Positions 47,445 to 56,988 of a stretch of DNA of 64,000 nucleotides are shown here, in pieces. Made by a program: the position numbers and the translations under genes. A model generated the notes under the pieces. That model made no database searches. It was not told where the DNA came from and worked only from the letters and a program-made list of their open reading frames with translations. The DNA comes from Candidatus Lustribacter sp. (GTDB lineage: Bacteria; Vulcanimicrobiota; Vulcanimicrobiia; Vulcanimicrobiales; Vulcanimicrobiaceae). The stretch spans positions 3,552,001 to 3,616,000 of the forward strand of contig OZ255842.1 in NCBI GenBank assembly GCA_965277805.1. Direction: 5' to 3'. Position 1 is the stretch's first letter; every line of letters begins with the position of its first letter.

Positions 47445-48235
47445 GGATCTCCCCTCGGGGTAATGGACCGTACTTCGAATGCGGGCCGGCCATGTTGCAG
47501 GCCGCAGGTCCCGAAGCCAATCCTCTGGCCGCCGACGTTCAATTCGCCCTCGCCGTCGACCTTGGTACTCAGCAGGACAACGGTGCCGACTCGGAGCTCG
47601 AGCAGGCGTGGAACGGCCAGTTCCCCGCGTCCCAGGAGCACCCGGACATCCACCGCGGCGCCGCCGAGCGTGGCGGGGGTCACGGTTGCCGACGGCGGCG
47701 CCTCAGGCAGGTCGCGCACGATCCCGACACCCAGCGTCAGCGCCACCGGCGCCGTGACCCGAACGTCGAAATAGGCCACCGACCGTGGGACCTGTGCCGC
47801 TTCGACCGCGCGCGTCGGCCCACGCCGCTCCACGCACAGCGCCTCGCAGGCGTTCGCGCAGCGGGCTACGATGCGTTCGATCGCCCCGGCCTCGAGCGCA
47901 CTCCAGGAACCTTGATCCGCGGATGAATCTTCGCCGAACGCCGCCGCCACCAGCCGGCGCGCGTCGCGGGCCGCGAGTACGAACACGACATCGGTCGCGC
48001 GGCCGGGGGTCGCGAAGAGCAGCGCGTCCTGCGTGAGGCTGCGCCAGGCCGCCGCATCGAGGGCAACCGGCTCGCCGATCGTCACGCTGCACGCCTCGCC
48101 CAAGAGTGTCCGCAAGCCCTCGCGCACGCCGTTGGCAAGAACGCAGGCCGCATCGACCGGGAGGCTTGGACGGGGCACGAAACGGGTGTGCCGCACGCGT
48201 CCGCGGCGCGGCCCGAACGCAAGCGTCGCGATCAC
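47438..48235 (-). CDS. fliM: Divergent FliM-like C-ring protein
   Basis: C-terminal SpoA domain (VRVLLGR..LLELRVGTVV.L..LNVGG..GTCG), SALE.GAIERI CheC-like helix; located before fliN; lacks the N-terminal LSQxEIDALL CheY-binding peptide. Confidence 0.65.
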   Translation of the reverse strand: MIATLAFGPRRGRVRHTRFVPRPSLPVDAACVLANGVREGLRTLLGEACSVTIGEPVALDAAAWRSLTQDALLFATPGRATDVVFVLAARDARRLVAAAFGEDSSADQGSWSALEAGAIERIVARCANACEALCVERRGPTRAVEAAQVPRSVAYFDVRVTAPVALTLGVGIVRDLPEAPPSATVTPATLGGAAVDVRVLLGRGELAVPRLLELRVGTVVLLSTKVDGEGELNVGGQRIGFGTCGLQHGRPAFEVRSITPRGDPW

Positions 48236-48954
48236 TTGAGCAAATCCATCACGACTTTGGAGCCCGCGCCCTGCGCTTTGTTCGCGGCCTGCAGCGCGGA
48301 GAACGCAACGTAGGCTTCGGTGAGCCGTTGCAAGCCGGTATCGATGTCGACGTTGCCGATGTCGCGAGCGTGCGTCGCGAGCGCGGGGAATGCGCCGTCG
48401 GCCGGCGCACCGACGTGCGGCACGATGCCGGCCACCGCACCGAAGTGCGTCGCATCGAGCCGCTGCGGATTGCTCCCGGCCGGAAATCGCGCCAGCGCAA
48501 TGCGCCCGACGACCGCGCGTTCGGCTGACCGTTCGCGCGTGCGCGGATCGATCGACGTGCGTGTGTACGCCAGCACGCCGTCGTCTTCGAGGTGCACGTC
48601 GGTGCCACGGCCGAGCGTGCGATCCGGCTCGGGCAAGCGCAACGGCGCGAGCGCGCCGCCGCCGGGCGGCGTGCCGAGCACGCGCGCGCCGTCGGCCGTT
48701 TGCAGCGTGCCGTCGCTGCCGATATGGAAGCTGCCGGCGCGCGTGAACGTGCGCGCACCGCGCTCGTCCGCCGCGACGAACCACGCGCCGGGCGGTGCCG
48801 CGACGCTGAGCGGATCGTCCGACGGTAACGGCGGCAGATTGCCGCCCACGTCGCCGAATTGCGGCATCGCGCCCGGTGTATAGGCGGCGAGCACGTCGTT
48901 CGCGCGATCGGCGATACGTTTGAGCGCATCGAGCGAGGCGGCCGGCAGCATCAT
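48232..48954 (-). CDS. Divergent FlgE/F/G-family rod/hook protein
   Basis: WFV..FTRAGSFHIGSDGTLQTADGARVLG, VGRIALARF, NVDI..L.RL.EA (GNVDI replaces SNVD). Confidence 0.75.
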   Translation of the reverse strand: MMLPAASLDALKRIADRANDVLAAYTPGAMPQFGDVGGNLPPLPSDDPLSVAAPPGAWFVAADERGARTFTRAGSFHIGSDGTLQTADGARVLGTPPGGGALAPLRLPEPDRTLGRGTDVHLEDDGVLAYTRTSIDPRTRERSAERAVVGRIALARFPAGSNPQRLDATHFGAVAGIVPHVGAPADGAFPALATHARDIGNVDIDTGLQRLTEAYVAFSALQAANKAQGAGSKVVMDLLK

Positions 48955-49475
48955 GGCGCGCCGACCCGCACGCCGCTGCCGGCCAATGCGAAGCGCGCGC
49001 TCGCGAGCGCACGTTCCACGACATCACGCAGCGGATTGCTGCAGAGCGCAACGATGCGCAGCGCCGTGCCGTCGTGATGAACGAGCAGACGCACGCGCCC
49101 GCCCGCGACGTCGAGGGTGTGCGTGGCCGGCACCGGACGGCGCGCGCTGAGCCGTTCCACCGCCCGCTCGATGCGCCGTGTCGTCTCGCTCGGCGGGCGC
49201 CGCCGTTCGGGTACCGCCGACGCGCGTGCGTCTGCAGCGTGCCGCACGCGCGTGGGCGGCGGCGCGATGACGCGTTCGCGGTGAGGCGGAACCGCAGCAA
49301 CGCGCGCGAGCACCGCCGGACGCGCATCCTCTGCGCTGCGCTGCGCGGCCGGCATTCGCGCCGGCCCCGCATCGTGCGCCAAATGCAGCGCGGAATACCA
49401 GGCTTCGCTGAGCGCGCGCCGGTCGGTCTGCGCGATCTGGGTGGCGATCACCGCCACGCCGTCGGATGCATTCAT
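48951..49475 (-). CDS. Hypothetical protein, possibly FliK-like (hook-length control C-terminal domain)
   Basis: Pro/Ala/Arg-rich linker, then GRVRLLV..LRIVALC..LRDVVERAL..LA..GVRV; occupies the fliK position; RBS GGAGG. Confidence 0.45.
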   Translation of the reverse strand: MNASDGVAVIATQIAQTDRRALSEAWYSALHLAHDAGPARMPAAQRSAEDARPAVLARVAAVPPHRERVIAPPPTRVRHAADARASAVPERRRPPSETTRRIERAVERLSARRPVPATHTLDVAGGRVRLLVHHDGTALRIVALCSNPLRDVVERALASARFALAGSGVRVGAP

Positions 49476-49534
49476 CTCGTTTTCCCTCCGGCGTCAGCGT
49501 AGCGTGCCGGAATCATCGCAAAACTGCGGCGTTG

Positions 49535-49963
49535 TTACCGGCTTGCGATCAGCTGGTCGATCGCAAGCGTGGCGTCGGCAACGCGGCGGTACAGTCCACG
49601 CGCCACGTTGACGCCGAGCGCCGGTAACGCCGTCAGCGCCGCGAGCAGCACGTCGCCGTCTGCCACCGCCACGTGCGTCTCCTCGCGGCAGACCGCCGAC
49701 CACGGATGGCGCGGCAACGGCTCGAGTAAGGCGCCTTCACCCGTGAACTCCCCTGGACCGAGCACCGCCACCGTGGTGCGCTCGCGTCCCGTGCGCTGCA
49801 CGATCGCAACGCTGCCGTTGAGGATCAGGAACACCTCGTGCGCCGCGCCGCCGCGTTCGTAGAGCGTCGCGCCCGCTGGAAACGTCGCGAGGCGAAAGGC
49901 CGGCAACACGCGCATCAACGACGCCGCATCCACGCCGCTGAAGAACGCGTTGTCGGTGAGCAT
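49535..49963 (-). CDS. Stand-alone cyclic nucleotide-binding domain protein
   Basis: FFSGV, FPAGATLYERG..VFLILNGSV, LGPGEFTGE.ALL; no HTH. Confidence 0.8.
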   Translation of the reverse strand: MLTDNAFFSGVDAASLMRVLPAFRLATFPAGATLYERGGAAHEVFLILNGSVAIVQRTGRERTTVAVLGPGEFTGEGALLEPLPRHPWSAVCREETHVAVADGDVLLAALTALPALGVNVARGLYRRVADATLAIDQLIASR

Positions 49964-50484
49964 CAGTGCTCGGCGAGCAATTTCTGCACGATCCGGTTGA
50001 CCGCATCGTCTTGCGAATCGCCGACCACCGTCGCTCGCAGCTTTCCGCTGCGATCGAAAAACAGCTGCGTCGGCCAGGCGTCCACGCCGTAGGCGTTCCA
50101 GATCGCATACGAGTTGTCGATCGCAACGGGCCAGGTGATGCCCTGCTTCTTCAGGTTCTCGATCACGTTCGCACGGTTCTTCTCGAACGGCGTCTCGGGA
50201 CTGTGAATCCCGACGATCAGCAGATCGCCGGCTTTCTTCGCATTGAGCGCACGCAGATTCGGCACGACGTTCTGGCAGTTGTAGCAGTCGAACGTGAACA
50301 CGTCGACGACCACGACCTTGCCCGCGGTTTCGGCCGGCGTCAGTTGACCGTTGAGCCAGCCTTGCGAGGCGGCGTACACCGGTGCGAGCGTCGCGGCGCG
50401 CACCGGCGCGGCAGCGGCCGAATGCGTTGCCGATCCGGCGACGAGCGTGGCAACGATGCCGGCGAGCAGTGTGGTGCGGAACAT
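49963..50484 (-). CDS. Secreted thioredoxin/redoxin (DipZ C-terminal-like)
   Basis: WLN..LT, GKVVVVDVFTFDCYNC, IVGIHSPE, AWPT. Confidence 0.88.
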   Translation of the reverse strand: MFRTTLLAGIVATLVAGSATHSAAAAPVRAATLAPVYAASQGWLNGQLTPAETAGKVVVVDVFTFDCYNCQNVVPNLRALNAKKAGDLLIVGIHSPETPFEKNRANVIENLKKQGITWPVAIDNSYAIWNAYGVDAWPTQLFFDRSGKLRATVVGDSQDDAVNRIVQKLLAEH

Positions 50485-50487
50485 CGG

Positions 50488-51168
50488 TCAATCCTTCCGG
50501 TGCAGAACGGTGATATAACCGCCCTCTTGTTTGATTTGGCCCGCGCGCACGAGCTGGTTCATCTCGAGGCTCACCGTTTCGCGCGTGCTGCCGATGATCG
50601 AGGCGATGTCTTGATGCGTCAGCCGCAGGTCGAGTAGCGTGCCGTCACCGGTGGTTCGGCCGTGCTCGGCCGCAAGACGCTCGAAGAGATTCACCAGCCG
50701 GTCGCTGATCTTCGCATAGGCGAGATCTTCGATCGTCGCCGACGCATCGCTCAAACGGTCGTTGAGCATCTGCGCGACGTTGAGCGCGAGTGCCGAGTTG
50801 CCGGCGAGCAGCGCGAACAGATCGTCCGCGTGCGCTTTGCAAATCAGCGTTTCTTCCATGCACGTCGCGACCGTCGTGCGTTCACCGCCGCCGAAGAGCG
50901 CGTCTTCACCGAACATGTCGCCCGGGCCGAGAATCGCAACCGTGACTTCCTTGCCGTCGGCGGTGTTGCGCGCGATGCGTACGCGACCGGTCTTGATGAG
51001 AAACACGACCTTCTTCGCATCGCCCTGATCGAAGAACGTGGAGCGCTTGGGCAGCAGCTCCATCGTGAAGATGCCCTCGCTGCCCGCGATCGCCTCGACC
51101 GGCACGTTCGCGAAAAGCCGGTTCTTCTTCAGATACCAGATCTTGTTTTCGGTGTCTTCGGCTTCCAT
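50488..51168 (-). CDS. Crp/Fnr family transcriptional regulator
   Basis: KIWYLKKNRLF, LGPGDMFGE, LTHQDIASIIGSTRETVS. Confidence 0.93.
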   Translation of the reverse strand: MEAEDTENKIWYLKKNRLFANVPVEAIAGSEGIFTMELLPKRSTFFDQGDAKKVVFLIKTGRVRIARNTADGKEVTVAILGPGDMFGEDALFGGGERTTVATCMEETLICKAHADDLFALLAGNSALALNVAQMLNDRLSDASATIEDLAYAKISDRLVNLFERLAAEHGRTTGDGTLLDLRLTHQDIASIIGSTRETVSLEMNQLVRAGQIKQEGGYITVLHRKD

Positions 51169-51474
51169 CTAGAGCACCGCCCCGACGACGTGCGGCCGCC
51201 TCAGCGCGCCGGCATGGCTGTCCGCGCGCACGTACGAGAGTTGGATCGCGGCAGTGCCGGAGCGCACGGGCAGCGTCACGTGAAACGGCGAGCACACGTG
51301 CGGCGTGCAGAACGAGGCGATCCAGCCACGCGGCACGTCCACGGCGCGCAACCGCACGACCGATCCCGCCGGGGCGCCGACGCGCACGGCAAACGAGGTC
51401 ACGCCCGGATCGGCCGAGGGGTGGCACGTTCCGGCCGCGAGGGCGCACGAGAGAATCGCCAGTGCCAGACTCAT
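51169..51474 (-). CDS. Small secreted Cys-containing hypothetical protein
   Basis: Signal-like N-terminus; VPRGWIASFCTPHVCSPF. Confidence 0.6.
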   Translation of the reverse strand: MSLALAILSCALAAGTCHPSADPGVTSFAVRVGAPAGSVVRLRAVDVPRGWIASFCTPHVCSPFHVTLPVRSGTAAIQLSYVRADSHAGALRRPHVVGAVL

Positions 51475-51480
51475 AGCGCG

Positions 51481-51509
51481 ATGCTACGCTTCCAGCCCCG
51501 GGGCGGCAA
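51481..51509 (-). promoter_or_regulatory. Sigma70 promoter, leaderless, for the 51474-49535 operon
   Basis: Minus strand TTGCCG-17 nt-TAGCAT-6 nt-ATG. Confidence 0.6.
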
Positions 51510-51518
51510 TAAGCCCGC

Positions 51519-53099
51519 TTACATCCCCGGCCGTTCGAGATACAGCGCGTGGCCGGCGAAGTCGAAGGTGACCGTGAACTTGCGCAGGAGGGCGAGGCCC
51601 ACGTTGCCTGCGTCGATGCGGTCGGCGAAGGCGCCGCTCTTGGCTTGGATCACGTCGGCGTCTTGGTTCGAGACGGTCGTCGAGCCGAGCCGCAGCGAGC
51701 TTATCCGCGTGGCATAGCTCTTGTCGCTGCCGCCCACGCCGATGAAGCTGCCCGTCCCGGTGCCCACCGCCGGCGCCAGCGCCGGGTGCGCGTCGGCGAA
51801 GGGACCGTAGATCAAGAGCGGGCTGCTGTCGCCCGTGTCGATGATGAAGGGCGCGTCGATGTCGTTGATGCGCAACACCGCCTCGGGAATGTCGCGGTCG
51901 GTATCGATTGCGATGCGGTCGCCGGCCGGTGTAATCGAACCGGGCGGGCCGAAGCGCATCACGTGGTGCGCGAAGTCGAGCTGCACGATGCTCGCGGCGA
52001 AGAACGGATAGCCCAAAATGCCGTCGATGCGCATGTGGCCGGCCGACGAACCCAACTCGATCGTCGAGATGACCAAGTTGTCGAGATATGCGTTGCCGAT
52101 CGTCAAGCGCGGCAATCGCGCGACGTGCAGGCCGCCCGCGCGCACCGCGCCGCGCACTTCCATCGAGCCTTCTTGCCCGATACCGGCCGCTTGCGCGACC
52201 TGCGAATCGAGCAGCACGTCGGCGGATCCGCTGTCGATGAGAAATGCGTACGGTTTGCCGCCGATCTGCACGACGCACGCGATGCGCGTGCCGTCATCGA
52301 GCAGCGGTACCGTTTGCGCGCCCGCAGCGATCAACCGCCGCGGCACAAGTGGCGCAAACAGGGCGCCGTCGATCGCGCCGCCGACTTTCACCGACGTCGT
52401 TTGCACGATCGTATCGAAGTCGTGTTCGCCGTCGGTCGTGACGGCGTGAAACGCCATCGCCATGCCGCTGACGTCGTGCCAGTCCGACAGGTCCACGTAC
52501 GTCGGCCCGTCGCCGTCGAGATATTCCGTGCGCAGCGGCAAGCCGCTCTCGGTATCGATCCAGATCGTTTCGGGTTCGCCGCCCTCGGCGTTGACCTCGA
52601 TGTTCCACGTGCGCCGGTCGCCGACCATGCCGAAGGCCAGAAAGCGCGCGCGTTCGGGCGCGGTGAGAAATTTTCCCGAATCGATGAAGTTCGCGGTCAG
52701 CGCGCGCCGGCGCAGCACGCCGGTGAGTTCTTGCACGTTGCCGTCGCTCGACGCCCAGATGCGATCGCCGATGCGCAGCGTCGTTTCCATCCGTGGACCG
52801 AGGCTCTCATCGTCGCGTTCGCGGTCCCCGTCGCGCCAGCTGTGAAAGACGCCGCTGAGTCCTTCGCCCGTAATCGTGCCGGTGGTTTCCATCGTCGCAA
52901 CGTCGCGGCCGTGCGTGGCTTTCTGATACGCCGCGAGAATGCCGGTGATCGGCGGCGGATCGCCGATATCGCGTGCTTCGGCAACGGGCATGCACGCAAG
53001 CGCAATCAGCGCCGCGGCAAAGAGAACGCCCTTACGGTTGCGAGCGGTACTGGTCGAGCGAACCGAGGACGTTTTTGACGTAGTTTTGCGTCTCGGCAT
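51519..53099 (-). CDS. Secreted aspartyl protease with two retropepsin-like domains (start uncertain)
   Basis: FLIDSGS..DGILG and FIIDTGD..GNVG; hydrophobic signal [12 protein letters not shown]; 5' end overlaps the slt gene. Confidence 0.8.
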   Translation of the reverse strand: MPRRKTTSKTSSVRSTSTARNRKGVLFAAALIALACMPVAEARDIGDPPPITGILAAYQKATHGRDVATMETTGTITGEGLSGVFHSWRDGDRERDDESLGPRMETTLRIGDRIWASSDGNVQELTGVLRRRALTANFIDSGKFLTAPERARFLAFGMVGDRRTWNIEVNAEGGEPETIWIDTESGLPLRTEYLDGDGPTYVDLSDWHDVSGMAMAFHAVTTDGEHDFDTIVQTTSVKVGGAIDGALFAPLVPRRLIAAGAQTVPLLDDGTRIACVVQIGGKPYAFLIDSGSADVLLDSQVAQAAGIGQEGSMEVRGAVRAGGLHVARLPRLTIGNAYLDNLVISTIELGSSAGHMRIDGILGYPFFAASIVQLDFAHHVMRFGPPGSITPAGDRIAIDTDRDIPEAVLRINDIDAPFIIDTGDSSPLLIYGPFADAHPALAPAVGTGTGSFIGVGGSDKSYATRISSLRLGSTTVSNQDADVIQAKSGAFADRIDAGNVGLALLRKFTVTFDFAGHALYLERPGM

Positions 53100-53610
53100 A
53101 CGGGGGCACATCACCGTATTTTTCAACGGCATTCGGACCGGCATTGTAGGCGGCGACCGCAAGGCGCGTGTCGCCTTTGAAACGATCGAGCAGGCCGCGC
53201 AGATAGCGCGTTCCGCCCGCAACGTTCTGGGCGGGATCGTAGGGGTTCTTCACACCGAGCGACGCGGCCGTCTCGGGCATGAGCTGCATCAGCCCCTGCG
53301 CGCCGACCGGCGACGTTGCGTTGGCGTTGAACGACGACTCGTTCGCGATGACGGATTTGATCAGCGCGGGATCGACTTGCCAGATGTCGGCGTTCTGCTG
53401 CACGAGCGAGTTGATCTGCTCGGGCGGAACGGGTGCGGGCGCGTCGGGATTCTCCGTGCTCGCCGGGGCGAGTTCGGGCATCAGCGCCTGTGCGAGGACC
53501 GCGTTGAAATCGCTGCCGGGCGGCGTCGTGACGACGGCGCCGGCCGGGGGTGCTCCGCTAATCTGGGCAATCCGGTTCTGGATCGCCGAGATGTCACTGA
53601 GGATATCCAT
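53032..53610 (-). CDS. Lytic transglycosylase (SLT domain)
   Basis: [41 protein letters not shown]. Confidence 0.95.
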   Translation of the reverse strand: MDILSDISAIQNRIAQISGAPPAGAVVTTPPGSDFNAVLAQALMPELAPASTENPDAPAPVPPEQINSLVQQNADIWQVDPALIKSVIANESSFNANATSPVGAQGLMQLMPETAASLGVKNPYDPAQNVAGGTRYLRGLLDRFKGDTRLAVAAYNAGPNAVEKYGDVPPYAETQNYVKNVLGSLDQYRSQP

Positions 53611-54640
53611 CGTCCAAGCTATCGGCGATTGCGGTCATCTGCATGAGGGTTTCGGCCGGATCCGCTCCCCCCTCCGCTTGCTTGAGAAAGCCCGCGATGC
53701 GGGCCTCGGCGGCGATCGCGCGGGCCAGGACGGGATCGCCGGCACCCGGATCGAGGCCGAGTGAGCGGGCATCGCGAGCGCTATCGAGCGCAGCCAGAGC
53801 TGCCCGCAGGCGCGCCGCAGCGCGACGATGCTCGGGCGTTGCGACTTCGCCCAGGGTGCGGCTCGCGCTGGCCGGGAGATCGATCGCCGGAAACCAGCCC
53901 GCGGCCGCGAGACGCGCGCTGAGGACGATGTGGCCGTCCAGCGCGGCCCGCGCGGCCTCGGCGACCGGATCGTGCTCCAGCGGGCCCTCGGAGAGCACGG
54001 TGGCCACCAGCGTGATGCTGCCGGCCGCCGTCGCCCCGGCGCACTCGAGGAGCCGTGCCTGTGTAGCCGTGACCGATGGTGGAAAACCCGCGCGCCCGAC
54101 CGGCTCGCCCCGCGCGATGGCGAGGTCGCGCGCGGCCGCTGCGACCCGCGCTAGGCTGTCGACGACCAGCAGCACGTGCAGTCCGCGCGAACGCAACGCG
54201 TCGGCCTGGGCAAACGCCATTTCCGCCACGCCCAGCCGTTCCGCCGCGGGACGGTCGCTCGTGGCGCACAGGACGGTCGTGCGCGGCGGGATCCGGCGCA
54301 GCCAGCGCTCGGCCTCGCGGCCCCGCTCGCCGGCCAGCGCCACCACCGTGGCGTCGGCGCAGCTGCCGGCGACGATCGCTTCGAGCAGCGTCGACTTGCC
54401 GGCCCCGGGGCTGCCGAAGATCCCGATCCGCGCGCCGCGCCCGAACGCGAGCGGGCCGTCGAGGGCGCGGATCCCGGTGTGGAACGGCGTCGTCACGGCG
54501 ACGCGCCGGCGCAGTTCCGGAACGCGCGGTGCGGCCGCCCGGCGCCGTCCGATCGGAGCCGGACCGCCGTCCAGCACGCAGCCGCCGGCACCGACGGCGC
54601 GGCCGAGCAGCGCCGTTCCGAGCACGACGCGCGCACTCAT
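53594..54640 (-). CDS. fliI: FliI/SctN export ATPase, N-terminally shortened (348 aa)
   Basis: [53 protein letters not shown]. Confidence 0.9.
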   Translation of the reverse strand: MSARVVLGTALLGRAVGAGGCVLDGGPAPIGRRRAAAPRVPELRRRVAVTTPFHTGIRALDGPLAFGRGARIGIFGSPGAGKSTLLEAIVAGSCADATVVALAGERGREAERWLRRIPPRTTVLCATSDRPAAERLGVAEMAFAQADALRSRGLHVLLVVDSLARVAAAARDLAIARGEPVGRAGFPPSVTATQARLLECAGATAAGSITLVATVLSEGPLEHDPVAEAARAALDGHIVLSARLAAAGWFPAIDLPASASRTLGEVATPEHRRAAARLRAALAALDSARDARSLGLDPGAGDPVLARAIAAEARIAGFLKQAEGGADPAETLMQMTAIADSLDDGYPQ

Positions 54641-54921
54641 GACACGCGCTCGAGCAACGCCGCGAGTACCGCGTCGATCTCGCGGCCCAATGCTGCACGC
54701 GCGGCCTTCCCGAGCGCGGGATCGCACGATGCATCGAACGCGTCGGCGAGCCGCGCGCGAAACACGCGCACGTCGCGCGCGAAATCCGCACCATCTGCAC
54801 GCGCCGGCGGTTGCGGTTCGGCCGGCGCATCATCTGCCGGCGGCTCCTCCGCGACGGTCGCTTCGGGTGCGGCGCGCAACAACTGCGCGAACGAGACGAA
54901 CGCATCGTCAGCCGCGGGCAC
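54637..54921 (-). CDS. Small protein at the fliH position (miniature FliH-like)
   Basis: ~94-aa ORF overlapping both fliF/G and fliI; acidic/Pro linker, then helices (ARDVRVFRARLADAFD..AARAALGRE); GTG start uncertain. Confidence 0.45.
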   Translation of the reverse strand: MPAADDAFVSFAQLLRAAPEATVAEEPPADDAPAEPQPPARADGADFARDVRVFRARLADAFDASCDPALGKAARAALGREIDAVLAALLERVS

Positions 54922-56377
54922 GCAACAACTCCTCAGGATGCGGCACGAGGTCGCTCGCGGCGCGCGCCAGTCGCCGCACGATTTGCGCGCGCTCCTCAGG
55001 CGGATAGAGTTCGAGCACGGCGGCGGCCGTCGCGGCCGGCAGCGCGGAGATGACGGCGGCGGCAACGTGCGGCGGTTCGCCGGCGAGCGCGCCGCGCACG
55101 CGCGCCGGTGGAAGTCCCGCTGATTCGCGCGATGACTTGCGCACGCCGGCCGCTTCCACCGCGCGCACCAGCAAGGCATAGACCGGGCGCGCGCTGCGCA
55201 ACGTCAACACGACGGCACCCGCGACGAGGGCGAGTTGCGGCAGCATGCCGGTGAACAATCCCGCAATGCCCCACGCATCAATCCCGCGTACCGCGGCCGG
55301 CGCCGTCGAGGCGAAGCGCACGGCCTCGACGCGCAACGTATCCCCGCGATGCGCGTCGATGCCGGCCGCGGCCGCCGCGAGCGCGCGAATCGCATCGAGA
55401 TCGATGCCGCGCGCGCCGTCGACGAAGATCGCGACCGATAGGCGCGCGGTCGCATCGGGCGCAGCGGAATGATGCACGTCGCGCGTTTCGCTGCCGCGCT
55501 CTTCGGTGGTCGTGGTTTTCTGGTACTTCTTCTGCGGGCTCGCGTAGCGTTCGTCGCCGTTCGTGCGGGTGAGATCGCCGGCCAGCGGGAGACGTTTGAC
55601 GTCGTGCTCGTCGCGCGCTTCGCCCAGCGGTTCGCGATGCACGCGGACGATCGTCGCGCCCGCGCCGAGCGCCGCATCGAGCGCCGACTGCAGCGAGGCT
55701 TGCAGCGACGTGTCGTCGGGTTCGCTCGTGCCGCCGTCGAGCGCACCGCGATCGTCGAGCACGGTCACGCGCGCGGCATCCAAACCCGGCACACCGCCGG
55801 CGACGAACGCGCGAATACCCGCCACCGCCGCCGGCGAAAGATGCGCGCCCGGCGCGAGCGTGATGCGGACGCTGGCCGATGCGTCGCGCGTCGTTTCGTC
55901 GGCATAGGCGCCGGAACTCGCCGGCGCCACGATCACGCGCGCATCGGCGACGCCGTCCAATCCTCGCAGGCCTTGCGCGAGATCGGCAGCCAGCGCATCG
56001 CGCGTCTGCGCTTCGAGAATGCTCTGCGGCGTGAGCGCGTTGACGTGCGCGAACGTTTCGTCCGACGTGGCGAGATGCCGGTGCGGAACGCCGGCCAGCG
56101 AAAGCCGCAACAGCAACTCCGCGCGTTTGCGCGGATCGACGCGCACGTTGTCGGCCAACGGCGCGTAAGGAACGCCCCAGCCGGCGAGGCGCGTCTGCAC
56201 TTCGGTCAACTGATCCGCGTAGAGCGGCGTGGCGAACAGCGGGATGCGCACGTCGCGCGTCGCGGTGACGCCCCAGCCGAGCGCGACGATCGCCGCGACG
56301 AAACCCGCGAACAGCGCGGCCTTGAGACGCAGCGGCAACGCGCCCAGACGCGCAAGCTCGCGCCGGAACACCTCCAT
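54908..56377 (-). CDS. fliF: MS-ring protein FliF fused to a FliG middle-domain segment
   Basis: TM1, ASASV..L.PG..LS..V.GI..FVAGGVPGLDAARVTVLD, RLSVAIFVDG, GID..RGD.L.V, TM2, then EPPHVAAAVISALP..AAAVL..YPPEERAQIVRRLA. Confidence 0.85.
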   Translation of the reverse strand: MEVFRRELARLGALPLRLKAALFAGFVAAIVALGWGVTATRDVRIPLFATPLYADQLTEVQTRLAGWGVPYAPLADNVRVDPRKRAELLLRLSLAGVPHRHLATSDETFAHVNALTPQSILEAQTRDALAADLAQGLRGLDGVADARVIVAPASSGAYADETTRDASASVRITLAPGAHLSPAAVAGIRAFVAGGVPGLDAARVTVLDDRGALDGGTSEPDDTSLQASLQSALDAALGAGATIVRVHREPLGEARDEHDVKRLPLAGDLTRTNGDERYASPQKKYQKTTTTEERGSETRDVHHSAAPDATARLSVAIFVDGARGIDLDAIRALAAAAAGIDAHRGDTLRVEAVRFASTAPAAVRGIDAWGIAGLFTGMLPQLALVAGAVVLTLRSARPVYALLVRAVEAAGVRKSSRESAGLPPARVRGALAGEPPHVAAAVISALPAATAAAVLELYPPEERAQIVRRLARAASDLVPHPEELLRARG

Positions 56378-56380
56378 CGG

Positions 56381-56656
56381 CTAGATCTGCAGGCCCAGCA
56401 GCGTTTGCAGTCCCTGCGTGACGCGTTGCGCGCTTGCGGCAGCGAGCTGCAGCGCGATGTCGGCCCGCGCGCGCTCGACGACCATCTCTTGCAGTCCGCC
56501 GCGATGCGCCGCAAACGCGCGCTCGGCATTATCGGCTCCGGCGAGCGCGCCGCTCGCGGCATCGACCAAATCGCCGAACGCGCTTCCAGCTTGCGGCAGC
56601 GGGGTGACCGACGGCGCGTCGGGCGCAACGTCGGGAACGAGCGGTGCGACCTGCAT
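56381..56656 (-). CDS. fliE: Hook-basal body protein FliE
   Basis: FGDLV..A, LQEMVVERARADIALQL..RVTQGLQTLLGLQI, matching the FliE C-terminus. Confidence 0.8.
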   Translation of the reverse strand: MQVAPLVPDVAPDAPSVTPLPQAGSAFGDLVDAASGALAGADNAERAFAAHRGGLQEMVVERARADIALQLAAASAQRVTQGLQTLLGLQI

Positions 56657-56988
56657 CAGCGTTCGATGTCCAACGTGCGTTCCGCCAGCCGTTTCCCGAT
56701 GTCGAAGATCGATGCGTCGGCTTCATACGCGCGCTGCGCATCGAGCGTCGCGATCAGCTCCGTCAACGCATCGCCCGTGCCGGGTTCCGACGACACCGTG
56801 AAGGCTTCGGTCGTGTCGTCCTCGGCGCCGTCACCCGGAGTTTCCACGAGATGCGCAACCAAACGCTGATACGGATGTCCGGGCGTCGCGGCTTGCGCAG
56901 CCGCTACGTTGCGCGCGTCGAGGTCGAGCATCGTCCGCTGCGCGCTCATCCCGCGCGCCGCAACGTCGAGCAACGCAAAATCCGTCAC
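56656..56988 (-). CDS. flgC: Rod protein FlgC (short, divergent)
   Basis: DVAARGMSAQR..LD..ARNVA, PYQR, ELIATLDAQRAYEA..TLDI. Confidence 0.8.
   Translation of the reverse strand: MTDFALLDVAARGMSAQRTMLDLDARNVAAAQAATPGHPYQRLVAHLVETPGDGAEDDTTEAFTVSSEPGTGDALTELIATLDAQRAYEADASIFDIGKRLAERTLDIER

Noticed and set aside
47438-49372. 644-aa ORF as one protein
   Set aside because: The N-terminal part is an Arg-rich shadow frame over the rod/hook and fliK-position genes; the FliM-like portion starts at 48235.
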